Source of the DNA: Chloroflexota bacterium
GTDB lineage: Bacteria; Chloroflexota; Limnocylindria; Limnocylindrales; CSP1-4
DNA length: 64,000 bases
Reading direction: 5' to 3'
NCBI GenBank assembly: GCA_040755495.1
Contig: JBFMAT010000007.1
Span: 23,455 to 87,454 of the forward strand
Shown piece after piece: positions 17,124 to 25,968 of the stretch. Every line of letters starts with the position of its first letter. Position 1 is the stretch's first letter. Made by a program: the position numbers and the translations under genes. The notes below the pieces were generated by a model. That model made no database searches, had not been told where the DNA came from, and saw nothing but the letters and a program-made list of their open reading frames with translations.

Positions 17124-18304
17124 GGCGCCGCCTCGACCGACGCGACCCCGACCCGGCCCGCCGCGGGCGCCCGGTCCATCAGCCGCCGGACCACCGACCC
17201 GATCACCCTCGCCGCCTCGTCGATCTCGGCGTCGGTCGTCGTCCGGCCCAGGCTCACGCGCAGCGCGCCGCGCGCCTCCTCGTCCGGGTAGCCCATCGCC
17301 GACAGGACGTGGCTCACCTCGGCGGAGCCCGTGGCGCACGCCGAGCCCGTCGACACGGCGACGCCCTCGAGGTCCAGCGCCAGCGCGACCGAGCCGCCGT
17401 CGGTTCCCGGGATGATGACCGACAGGCTGTTGGGCAGCCGCTCCACGGGGTGGCCGGTCAGCTCGACCCCGTCGACGACGATGGCCGCGGCGAGCCGGTC
17501 CCGCTGCACCCGAACGCGCGCGGCGACGACCGCCCGCTCCGCGACCCGGAGCTCGAACGCCGTGGCCATGCCCACGACGCCCGCCACGTTCTCCGTGCCC
17601 GCCCGCCGATGACGCTCCTGCGACCCGCCGTGCTGCTGGGCGAGGATGTGCGTCCCGCGCCGGATCCACAGCGCGCCGGTTCCCTTCGGCCCCTCGATCT
17701 TGTGGGCCGCGAGCGACACGAGGTCCGCGCCCAGCGCCTCGACGTCGATCTCCTGCCACGGCGCGGCCTGGACCGCGTCGACGTGGAACAGGACGCCCTT
17801 TCGGCCGCGCACGACCTGCGCCACCTCGGCCACGGGCTGGATCGTGCCGACCTCGTTGTTGGCCGCCATGACCGAGACCAGGATCGTGCGCTCGGTGATC
17901 GTCCGCTCGATGTCCGCCGGGTCCACGCGCCCGTAGCGGTCCACCGGCACCTGCTCCACCTCGAAGCCGAACTTCTCGAGGTGCGCCAGGGCGTGCCCCA
18001 CGGCGTGGTGCTCCACCGGCGTGGTCACGATCCGGTGGCCCTTCGCCCGTCCGGCCCAGGCGGCGCCCTTGAGCGCGAGGTTGATCGCCTCGGTGCCGCC
18101 GCTCGTGAACACGACCTCGCGGGCGTCGCCGCCGATCGCGCGAGCCAGCCGCTCGTGGGCGTCGTCGAGCGCCTCGCGTGCCTGGCGACCGAAGGCGTGG
18201 GCCGACGACGGGTTGCCGAACACCTCGCCCAGGAACGGCAGCATCGCCTCGCGGACCTCGAGGCGGACGGGGGTCGTGGCGGCGTGGTCGAGGTAGATCG
18301 GCAT
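17120..18304 (-). CDS. Cysteine desulfurase (NifS/IscS class V aminotransferase)
   Basis: 394-aa ORF with motifs [50 protein letters not shown] and [10 protein letters not shown]. It sits upstream of mnmA, as is common. Confidence 0.92.
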   Translation of the reverse strand: MPIYLDHAATTPVRLEVREAMLPFLGEVFGNPSSAHAFGRQAREALDDAHERLARAIGGDAREVVFTSGGTEAINLALKGAAWAGRAKGHRIVTTPVEHHAVGHALAHLEKFGFEVEQVPVDRYGRVDPADIERTITERTILVSVMAANNEVGTIQPVAEVAQVVRGRKGVLFHVDAVQAAPWQEIDVEALGADLVSLAAHKIEGPKGTGALWIRRGTHILAQQHGGSQERHRRAGTENVAGVVGMATAFELRVAERAVVAARVRVQRDRLAAAIVVDGVELTGHPVERLPNSLSVIIPGTDGGSVALALDLEGVAVSTGSACATGSAEVSHVLSAMGYPDEEARGALRVSLGRTTTDAEIDEAARVIGSVVRRLMDRAPAAGRVGVASVEAAP

Positions 18305-18364
18305 CGTCCGCGGATTGTACGTCGGTGCCCGACGGCGACCTGGTGACGGGTAGACTCGGCCCGC

Positions 18365-18562
18365 ATGTCACGCATCTCCCGCCTGACGACCGCCCCCGTG
18401 CTCGCCGCCGCACTCGCCCACGGGCTCGCGACGGCCTGGCCGGCCAGCGCCGCCGAGGAGGCCGCGACGTCGGCGGGCGACCCCGGGTCGGCGTTCCTGG
18501 TCGTGTTCCTGCTCGGCTTCCTGGGTGCGGCCACCGCGTTCGTGACCCGCCGCCGGTCCTGA
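18365..18562 (+). CDS. Mini-protein: signal peptide, short acidic linker, C-terminal TM and RRRS tail
   Basis: 65-aa ORF with very high third-position GC: [29 protein letters not shown]|[36 protein letters not shown]. Confidence 0.5.
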   Translation: MSRISRLTTAPVLAAALAHGLATAWPASAAEEAATSAGDPGSAFLVVFLLGFLGAATAFVTRRRS

Positions 18563-18629
18563 GCGAGCCCCCTCTTCGCGTGCCGTCGGCCTCTACCGCC
18601 GGGCTTGCCGGGGCGCGCAGAATCGGGGC

Positions 18630-18899
18630 ATGGACGCGGGCGGGCTGCTCGCCCTGGCGATCACCGGCGGGGTCCTGGGCGGGCTCGTGCTCCTGGTGGC
18701 CCGTGGGCCGGAGACGCTGGCCCACCTGTTCCACGCCGAGCAGATGGGCTGGCCGCACGGCGTCCAGGAGGAGGACGACGTCCGCTGGCGATGGCCGCCG
18801 GCCATGCGACCGGGGACGGGGACCTCGCGACGGCCGCAGGTCCCGGGCGCCTACCGGGTGCCGCCGCAGCCGGTCCGCGGGCACACCACGCGCCGCTGA
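18630..18899 (+). CDS. Small hypothetical membrane protein (89 aa, N-terminal TM)
   Basis: High third-position GC: [50 protein letters not shown]. No family recognised. Confidence 0.45.
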   Translation: MDAGGLLALAITGGVLGGLVLLVARGPETLAHLFHAEQMGWPHGVQEEDDVRWRWPPAMRPGTGTSRRPQVPGAYRVPPQPVRGHTTRR

Positions 18900-18973
18900 G
18901 CGGATCGGTCGGACGCACTGGTCGGCGGCACGAGGCCCGACGGCTGACCGAGCCTCGCTGACCCGCCCGGGCG

Positions 18974-20989
18974 CTAGCCTCGCTCGGCCCCGCGCGCGAG
19001 GTCGTAGGCGCGTCCGCGCTCGCGTTCCCGCTCGTGCTTCGCGAGCAGGCGCTTGCGCAGGCGGATCGCGGACGGGGTCACCTCCACCAGCTCGTCGGCG
19101 CCGATGAACTCGATCGCGCTCTCCAGGGTCAGCGGGCGGGGCGGGGTCAGCCGGAGCGCCTCGTCGTGGGCGTGGGTCCGGATGTTGGTGAGCTTCTTCT
19201 CCTTGGTCGGGTTCACGTCCATGTCCCCGGCCCGGGCGTTCTCGCCCACCACCATCCCCTCGTAGACGTCGACGCCGGCGCCGATGAACAGCTCGGACCG
19301 GTCCTGGAGGTTGAACAGCGCGTAGGCGTTCGACGTGCCGGTCCGGTCGCTGACGAGGACGCCGTTGGTGCGGTGGGTGACCTCCCCCGCCCACGGCCCG
19401 TAGCCCTCGCCGATCTGGTGGAGCAGCGCCGTGCCGCGTGTGTCGGTCAGCAGCTGCCCCCGGTAGCCGATGAGCCCGCGGACCGGCAGGACGAACTCCA
19501 GCCGGACGCGCCCGTCGGCATCGGTGGTCATCTGCTCCAGGCGACCCTTGCGCCCGGCCATCGCCTGCTGGACCTCGCCGATGAAGTCGGGCGGGATGTC
19601 GATGGTGATCCGCTCGTACGGCTCGTGGACCTCGCCGTCGACCTCGTGGAGGATGACCTCGGGGCGGCTGACCGTCAGCTCGTAGCCCTCGCGGCGCATC
19701 TGCTCGATGAGCACCGCCAGCTGGAGCTCGCCGCGGCCGCGGACCTCGAACGTGTCGCCGGACTCCGTCGGGTGGACCTCGATCGACACGTTGCCCAGCA
19801 CCTCGCGCTCCAGGCGGGCCTTGATCTGGCGGCTGGTCACGTACTTGCCGTCGCGGCCGCCGAGCGGCGAGGTGTTGACGCCGAACGTCATCCGCAGCGT
19901 CGGCTCGTCGACGTCGAGGCGGGGCAGCGGCCGCGGGTCGCCCGGGTCCGTGAGCGTGTCGCCGATCGTGACCTCCGGCAGCCCCGCCACCGACACGATC
20001 TCGCCCGGGCCGGCCTCCGCGATGTCCACGCGCTCCATCCCGTGCGCGGTCTGGAGGCTGGTGACCGTGCCGGTCAGCGTGACCGCCCGGCCCGGCTCGA
20101 CGGCGCCCGACGTGTCGTCGGGCTCCTCGCGCAGGACGGCGATCCGCTGGCCCACCCGGATCGTCCCGTTGCGGATCCGCCCGACCGCCATCCGCCCGAC
20201 GTACTCGTTCGCCGACAGGTTGGTGACCAGCAGCTGGAGCGGATGCCCGGGCTCGTACACCGGTGCCGGCGTGACGTCGACGAGGATGTCCAGCAGCGGA
20301 CGGAGGTCCGTCCCGGGGATCGCCGGGTCAAGCGTCGCGGTGCCCGCCTTGGCGTTCGTGTACACGACCGGGAACTCGATCTGGTGCGCGTCCGCGCCGA
20401 GGTCCATGAACAGCTCGTAGACGTCGTCGAGGACCTCGGCCGGGCGGGCGTCGGCGCGGTCGATCTTGTTCAGTGCGACCACCACCGGCAGGCGCCTCGC
20501 CATCGCCTTCTGGAGCACGTAGCGGGTCTGCGGCAGCGGGCCCTCGGCGGCGTCGACCAGGAGCAGGACGCTGTCGACCATCAGCAGGCTGCGCTCGACC
20601 TCGCCCCCGAAGTCCGCGTGACCGGGCGTGTCGACGATGTTGAGCCGGACGTCGCCCACGTCGATGGTCGTCTGCTTGGCGAGGATCGTGATGCCCTTCT
20701 CGCGCTCGAGGTCCATGGAGTCCATGATCCGGTCCACGACCGCCTGGTTGTCGCGGAACACGCCCGTCTGGCGGAGCAGGGCGTCGACGAGCGTGGTCTT
20801 GCCGTGGTCCACGTGGGCGACGATGGCGACGTTGCGCAGGTCGGTGCGCGTCGCGAGCGGGGTCGCGATGGCGCCCTGGGTCGGGGCGGGGGTCGCGTTC
20901 GGGGCGGCGGCGGCGTTCGGGGCGGCCGCCGCGTTCGAGGCCGCGGAGCCCCGGGTCGAAGGCATGGCGGAGCCGGGCGTGTCACTCAT
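18974..20989 (-). CDS. typA: Translational GTPase TypA/BipA
   Basis: Motifs [47 protein letters not shown] and a BipA-type C-terminus. ATG at 20989 gives 671 aa with an Ala/Pro/Asn-rich N-extension. An alternative ATG lies at 20965. Confidence 0.93.
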   Translation of the reverse strand: MSDTPGSAMPSTRGSAASNAAAAPNAAAAPNATPAPTQGAIATPLATRTDLRNVAIVAHVDHGKTTLVDALLRQTGVFRDNQAVVDRIMDSMDLEREKGITILAKQTTIDVGDVRLNIVDTPGHADFGGEVERSLLMVDSVLLLVDAAEGPLPQTRYVLQKAMARRLPVVVALNKIDRADARPAEVLDDVYELFMDLGADAHQIEFPVVYTNAKAGTATLDPAIPGTDLRPLLDILVDVTPAPVYEPGHPLQLLVTNLSANEYVGRMAVGRIRNGTIRVGQRIAVLREEPDDTSGAVEPGRAVTLTGTVTSLQTAHGMERVDIAEAGPGEIVSVAGLPEVTIGDTLTDPGDPRPLPRLDVDEPTLRMTFGVNTSPLGGRDGKYVTSRQIKARLEREVLGNVSIEVHPTESGDTFEVRGRGELQLAVLIEQMRREGYELTVSRPEVILHEVDGEVHEPYERITIDIPPDFIGEVQQAMAGRKGRLEQMTTDADGRVRLEFVLPVRGLIGYRGQLLTDTRGTALLHQIGEGYGPWAGEVTHRTNGVLVSDRTGTSNAYALFNLQDRSELFIGAGVDVYEGMVVGENARAGDMDVNPTKEKKLTNIRTHAHDEALRLTPPRPLTLESAIEFIGADELVEVTPSAIRLRKRLLAKHERERERGRAYDLARGAERG

Positions 20990-21051
20990 GGGCCGGCGAA
21001 GTGTCGCACATGCCGCCGGTTCCGGCGAACGCGGCCCCACCGGCGCGGGTC

Positions 21052-21201
21052 CATCGCCCGGCGACCCAACGAGCGCATCCTGCGACGGGATCATCGCTGG
21101 GCGCACGGTTCGTCGCACCTGGCCCGCTCGCGGTGCAACGAACCCGTCGCCGGGCGACCGATCCGTCTCGCCGTGCAACCGTAGGGTCGCCGGGCGACCG
21201 G
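21052..21201. repeat. Family B structured intergenic repeat, copy 2
   Basis: Colinear with 3144-3293. It lies between the ABC operon stop (21286) and the typA start (20989). Confidence 0.75.
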
Positions 21202-21285
21202 CGCCCCGGCGCCGGGCCGGAGCGGCCGCGCCGGGGGCCCGACCGGCGCCGACGCGGGGGAGCCGCAGCGGAGCCCCGCCGAACC

Positions 21286-22008
21286 CTACCCCCGCGGCAC
21301 GGCCCCCACGGCAGGCAGGTGCGTGGGCGCGATCAGCTGCCCGTCGAGCAGCTCGATGACCCGGTCCGCGACGTCGATCATGATCGGGTCGTGGGTGGCG
21401 ACCACGGCCGTGACGCCCTCTGCCCGGACCACGGAGCGGATGAGCAGCATGATCCGACGCCCCGTCTCGGAGTCGAGCTGGCCGGTGGGCTCGTCCGCCA
21501 GCAGCAGCTTCGGCCGGTTGGCCAGGGCGCGCGCGATCGCCACCCGCTGCTGCTCACCACCCGAGAGCTCGTGCGGGCGATGCCGCGAGCGCTCGCCCAG
21601 CCCGACGAGGTCCAGCAGCTCCGCCACACGCTCGTCGCGCGCCCGCGACGCCGCGCCCACGAGCCGGAGCGGCACCTCGACGTTCTCGGCGGCGGTCAGG
21701 ATCGGGATCAGGCCGAAGGTCTGGAACACAAACGCGATCGTCCGGCGGCGGATCTCCGCGGCCGCTCGCTCGTCCAGCCCGGACACGCCGATCCCGTCGA
21801 CCACGACGCTGCCGGCCGTCGGTTGGTCCAGGCCGCCGAGCAGGTTGAGCAGCGTGGTCTTGCCGCTCCCCGACCGGCCGCGGACGGCCAGCAGCTCGCC
21901 GCGCTCCACGCGGAGGTCGATCCCGCGCAGTGCGTGGACGGTGGCACCGCCGGTGACGTAGTCGCGGACGAGGCCGCGGGCCTCGACCATCGCGCCATCG
22001 GGGGTCAT
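21286..22008 (-). CDS. ABC transporter ATP-binding protein (MacB/LolD-type)
   Basis: 240-aa ORF with Walker [11 protein letters not shown]-loop, signature [15 protein letters not shown], Walker [13 protein letters not shown] and H-loop ATHD. ATGA overlap with the upstream ATPase. Confidence 0.92.
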   Translation of the reverse strand: MTPDGAMVEARGLVRDYVTGGATVHALRGIDLRVERGELLAVRGRSGSGKTTLLNLLGGLDQPTAGSVVVDGIGVSGLDERAAAEIRRRTIAFVFQTFGLIPILTAAENVEVPLRLVGAASRARDERVAELLDLVGLGERSRHRPHELSGGEQQRVAIARALANRPKLLLADEPTGQLDSETGRRIMLLIRSVVRAEGVTAVVATHDPIMIDVADRVIELLDGQLIAPTHLPAVGAVPRG

Positions 22009-23207
22009 CGGCCGCCCTCCTCGTCCGTCGGCTCAGGGGCGCCATCAGCCGCGGACCCGGGCACCGCCGGCCCGGCCGCCGCTGTCCCCGGCGCCGCTGG
22101 CTCCCGCGACCCCGGCGAGCCCGACCCCGGCGAGCCCGACCCCGGCGAGCCCGAAGGGGCCGCCGGCCGCCCGGAAGACGACGGCGCGCCGTTGCCCCGG
22201 TCCGGCCACACCCCCACGTGATCCTCCTCGAGGCGCAGCCGCACCCGGTTGCGGAGCTCGAGGGCCTCGACGTGCGAGCGCGGCAGCTGCAGCCGGCCCG
22301 CACGGTCCAGCACGGCGTACTCCTCCGAGATCACGCGGTGGTGGCCCTCGTCGGTCTGCTCGGTCCGGCGCAGCGTCTCGGTGCTCGTCCGCCCGTCCCG
22401 GATCGCGACCGTCCGCTGAACCTGCTCGGACACGAAGGCGTCGTGGGTGACGATGACGATGGTGGTGCCCAGCTCCTTGTTGAGCCGCCGGAGCAGCCCG
22501 AACACGTCGGCCGAGGTCTGGCTGTCGAGCTCGCCTGTCGGCTCGTCCGCGAGGACGACGGCCGGATCGTTGGCGAGGGCGATCGCGATCGCGACCCGCT
22601 GCTGCTCGCCGCCGGACAGGCGGTCCGGCCGATGGGTCGCGCGGTCCGCGAGCCCCACCAGGTCCAGCAGCTCCAGCGCCCGCTGCCGGCGCTGCGACCG
22701 GCCGTCGAGGACCATCGGCAGCTCCACGTTCTCCACGGCCGACAGGTAGGGCAGCAGGTTGCGGCCCGTCTGCTGCCACACGAAGCCCACGACGCGCCGC
22801 CGGAACCGGGTCCGCTCGGCGCCGTTCATGCGCCCCAGGTCGTACCCGGCCACGACCGCGCGCCCCGCCGACGGCACGTCCATGCCGCCGAGGATCCCGA
22901 GCAGCGTGGACTTGCCGCTGCCCGAGGCCCCCACGATCGCGACCATCTCGCCGCCGTCCACCAGCAGGTCGAGACCCTGCAGCGCCACGACCTCGAGATC
23001 CGCCAGCTTGAAGATCCGAACGAGCCCGTCGCACACGATCACGGCCCCGTCGCCGTAGCGGGCGCGCGGCGCCGGGCGGAGCACCGCGCCGGCCAGCGGG
23101 TCCGGGCGTGGGGACTCGAGGTGGCGGTCGGGCAGGTCGACGACCTCGCTCTCGGCGAACGCGTCATCGCGGTCGGGGCCGGGTCGGGAGGACGGGCTGG
23201 ACATCAT
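22005..23207 (-). CDS. ABC transporter ATP-binding protein with N- and C-terminal extensions (AbrB-like segment plus GSPGS repeats)
   Basis: Counting 400 aa back from the stop places the MMSSPSS start at 23207, giving an ATGA overlap with the permease stop. Motifs are [35 protein letters not shown] and THD. After about residue 270 come LDRAGRLQLPRSHVEALELRNRVRLRLEEDHVGVWP and then SGSPGSGSPGSGSPGS. Confidence 0.88.
   Translation of the reverse strand: MMSSPSSRPGPDRDDAFAESEVVDLPDRHLESPRPDPLAGAVLRPAPRARYGDGAVIVCDGLVRIFKLADLEVVALQGLDLLVDGGEMVAIVGASGSGKSTLLGILGGMDVPSAGRAVVAGYDLGRMNGAERTRFRRRVVGFVWQQTGRNLLPYLSAVENVELPMVLDGRSQRRQRALELLDLVGLADRATHRPDRLSGGEQQRVAIAIALANDPAVVLADEPTGELDSQTSADVFGLLRRLNKELGTTIVIVTHDAFVSEQVQRTVAIRDGRTSTETLRRTEQTDEGHHRVISEEYAVLDRAGRLQLPRSHVEALELRNRVRLRLEEDHVGVWPDRGNGAPSSSGRPAAPSGSPGSGSPGSGSPGSREPAAPGTAAAGPAVPGSAADGAPEPTDEEGGR
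22111..22155. repeat. Perfect 15-nt tandem repeat x3 inside a CDS
   Basis: CCCGGCGAGCCCGA(C/A) three times in a row, encoding the (GSPGS)n tail of the ATPase on the minus strand. Confidence 0.85.
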
Positions 23208-25966
23208 TCGAATCTTCCTCGAATCGCGGCGGTGGGCGCCACCCGGCGCTGGAGCATGGCGCCGAGCGACAGCCCGACGGTGACGACGGCGACCATCACG
23301 CCCAGGATCAGCAGCAGCGGGGCGGGCTCGAGCACGAGCGGGACCGTGACCGGCGAACCGACGAGGTCGGCCAGGCCGAGCGCCGGGCGGAGCAGCAGGA
23401 ACAGGCCGGCGCCCAGCGCACCGCCCGCGACGAACGCCGCGACGGTGGTGGGCCCGTGCTCGGCGAACACGAGCGCGAACGCCTGCCGGCCGGTGAGCCC
23501 GAGGGTCCGCAGGTGGGCGACCTCGACGGCCCGCGCGAGGCCGGCCAGCGCGAGCGCGGCGGCGATGCCCAGCGCCGCGTAGGCCGCCGTCACGAGGGCC
23601 GCGACCAGGATCCCGGAGCGAACGGCGTTGGTGATCGGTGAGCTGCGAACCGCCGCCGCGACCTCTGCCTGGCCGGTGACCCCGATCGACGGCGACACGG
23701 CGGCCACGGCCTCGCGCATCGCCGGCGCCGCGCCCGCGGGGGCGCGCGCGAACGCGACGACGGGCAGGATCCGCGCGGCGGGCGCCTGGGCCCGGAACCA
23801 CTCCCGCGGCACGACGACCCACTGCCGGTCGAGGGGCATGCCCGGGAACACGTCGCGCACCTCGACGACGCGATAGCGGAGCGTGTAGCCCTCGATCGAC
23901 ATCTCGAACTCCTCGCCGTCTGCCACGCCCCGCGGCGACTCGGCGAGGCTGCGCGACACGATCGCCGGGACGGGACCGTCGCCCGGCGTGGTGAAGCCGG
24001 CGGGGAACGCGGGATCCGCCGGGGTGCCGGCGAGCACCCGCGCCAGCGACGCCGCCTCGACCGCCTGGTACAGCACCTGGGGGCCGGACCGGCCGGCCGG
24101 CGCGATGGCCTGGAACGCGCCCGCCGCGGCCTCGACCCCGGGCAGCGACGCCGGGTCGAAGGTGGCCGGCAGCGACCCGGCCGGCTGCGCGATCCGGTAC
24201 TGCGCCCCGACCTCCTGCCACGAGGCGATGTCGGCGCCACGGTCCAGGTTGTCCAGCGACGCGACGGCGAACGCGCCGACCGTCGCCGTCGCCAGGAGCA
24301 CGAGCAGGACGGCGGTCGCCGCGCCACCCTCGGTCGCGCGCCGCGCCGCGAGCACCGGGATCAGGCCCCGGCCCCGGCGCGCGAGCCACGCGACCAGCCG
24401 CAGTGGCAGCGGGTACACCCGCACCGCGACGAGGCCCGCCGCGACGCCGGCCAGCGCTGGGACCGCGGCGATCAGGGGGTCGAACCCGGCGATAGCGCCG
24501 GCGCTGCTCGTCCCGCGCACGCCGCGCGACGCGAGCAGGTACGCGGCGCCCACGGCGAGCGCCACCACGAGGCCCTCGAGCACGAGCCGCCGGCTGGCCA
24601 CCCGGCCGAGCACGATCCGGTCGCGCTCCTCGACCTGCGACCCGGCGACCCGGCCTCGGGCGATCGGCACGACCGTCGCCACGAGCACGCCCACCGCCGC
24701 CCCAACGACCACCGCCGCGGCGGCCAGCGTGGGCGCCAGCCTGCCGGCGGGCACCACCACCACCGACAGCAGCGCGGCGACACCCGCCGCGGGGAGCGCG
24801 ATGATCAGCCCCTCCGCGAGCGCCGGCACCAGCACCTGGCGCGGCGACGCCCCGCGGCTGCGGGCGAGGGCCATCGTGGCCCGGCGGCGCCGCGCCGCGA
24901 GGATCGCGATCAGGGCGAGCGTCGCGGCCGCGACCAGCGCGGGCCCGAGGGCCATCACCGCGAGGATCGACTCGGCGGCCGTCCAGCGCACGAGGTGACC
25001 CTCGAGCAGGGCCCGCATCCCGGTCCGGAGCGCGGTGTCGTCGGACACGGTCAGGTTGGCCGACGGGTACGCGACCTGGAGCCGGCGGAAGGCGGTGATC
25101 AGCGCCGGGACGCTGCGCCCGGTGATCCGCCCCGCGTCCAGGAACGAGCGCCACGTGTAGCGCAGCGGCCGGTGGATCCCGTCCATGTACGTCGCGAGCG
25201 GACCGTGGGTGTGCTCGTCGATCAGCAGCGCCGCGTCCAGCAGCTGGATCTCGGCCGAAAGCGCCCGGATCACCGGGTGGATGAGCAGCTCGTCGTCCAG
25301 CCACCAGTCGGCCCCGGGGTCCGGCACGTCGTAGGTGCCGGTGATCCGGGCGAAGGCGTAGACGTCCTGCTGGCTGAGCCCGATCTGCGGGTCGCCGGGA
25401 TCGCCCACCAGGAACAGCTCGTCCCCGGTGCGGATCCCGAACGCCGCCGCGGTCAGGCTCGACACCGCGGCCTCGTAGACCGGGATCCGATTCTGGCTGT
25501 CCGGCCCGACCGCGTCCCGATACTCGACGGCCGCCGTCGGGGGGACGCCGTCGACGTACGCGACGTGCTCGGCGATCCCCTCCTGGATCCGCAGCCGGAC
25601 GAAGGCCGGGTCGGTGGTCTGCTTCTGGAGCCGGAAGCGACCGCTCTCGACGATCACGTCGCGGTCCGTGACGAGGTCGCGGACCCGGGTCGGGAACGTC
25701 TCCTCGAGGGCCTCGCCGGCCGTCCGGATCTCCGCCAGCGGGTCGTCGGGGCCGGTGGGCAGCAACCGATGCTGCTGCAGGACGAGGTTGCGGGCGGACG
25801 CGGTGACGCCCGCGATCTCGGTCTGGACGGCGTCGTCCGCCAGCCGGGCGAGGACGCGCGGCGCGAGCGCGGCGACGAACGCCGTCACCAGCACCAGCAC
25901 CAGCAGGCCCGCGGTCGGGGCGCGATCGTCGCGCAGCCGGCGGAGGGCGAGCAGGATCCAGGCCAC
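23204..25966 (-). CDS. ABC transporter permease, double FtsX-domain type with large extracytoplasmic domains
   Basis: GTG at 25966 lies 2 nt after the upstream permease stop and gives about 920 aa. The layout is TM1 (WILLALRRLRDDRAPTAGLLVLVLVTAFVAAL), an ectodomain of about 330 aa, a 3-TM FtsX block, further TMs, a second ectodomain, and a C-terminal FtsX block ending LQRRVAPTAAIRGRFE. Confidence 0.85.
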   Translation of the reverse strand: MAWILLALRRLRDDRAPTAGLLVLVLVTAFVAALAPRVLARLADDAVQTEIAGVTASARNLVLQQHRLLPTGPDDPLAEIRTAGEALEETFPTRVRDLVTDRDVIVESGRFRLQKQTTDPAFVRLRIQEGIAEHVAYVDGVPPTAAVEYRDAVGPDSQNRIPVYEAAVSSLTAAAFGIRTGDELFLVGDPGDPQIGLSQQDVYAFARITGTYDVPDPGADWWLDDELLIHPVIRALSAEIQLLDAALLIDEHTHGPLATYMDGIHRPLRYTWRSFLDAGRITGRSVPALITAFRRLQVAYPSANLTVSDDTALRTGMRALLEGHLVRWTAAESILAVMALGPALVAAATLALIAILAARRRRATMALARSRGASPRQVLVPALAEGLIIALPAAGVAALLSVVVVPAGRLAPTLAAAAVVVGAAVGVLVATVVPIARGRVAGSQVEERDRIVLGRVASRRLVLEGLVVALAVGAAYLLASRGVRGTSSAGAIAGFDPLIAAVPALAGVAAGLVAVRVYPLPLRLVAWLARRGRGLIPVLAARRATEGGAATAVLLVLLATATVGAFAVASLDNLDRGADIASWQEVGAQYRIAQPAGSLPATFDPASLPGVEAAAGAFQAIAPAGRSGPQVLYQAVEAASLARVLAGTPADPAFPAGFTTPGDGPVPAIVSRSLAESPRGVADGEEFEMSIEGYTLRYRVVEVRDVFPGMPLDRQWVVVPREWFRAQAPAARILPVVAFARAPAGAAPAMREAVAAVSPSIGVTGQAEVAAAVRSSPITNAVRSGILVAALVTAAYAALGIAAALALAGLARAVEVAHLRTLGLTGRQAFALVFAEHGPTTVAAFVAGGALGAGLFLLLRPALGLADLVGSPVTVPLVLEPAPLLLILGVMVAVVTVGLSLGAMLQRRVAPTAAIRGRFE

Positions 25967-25968
25967 GG

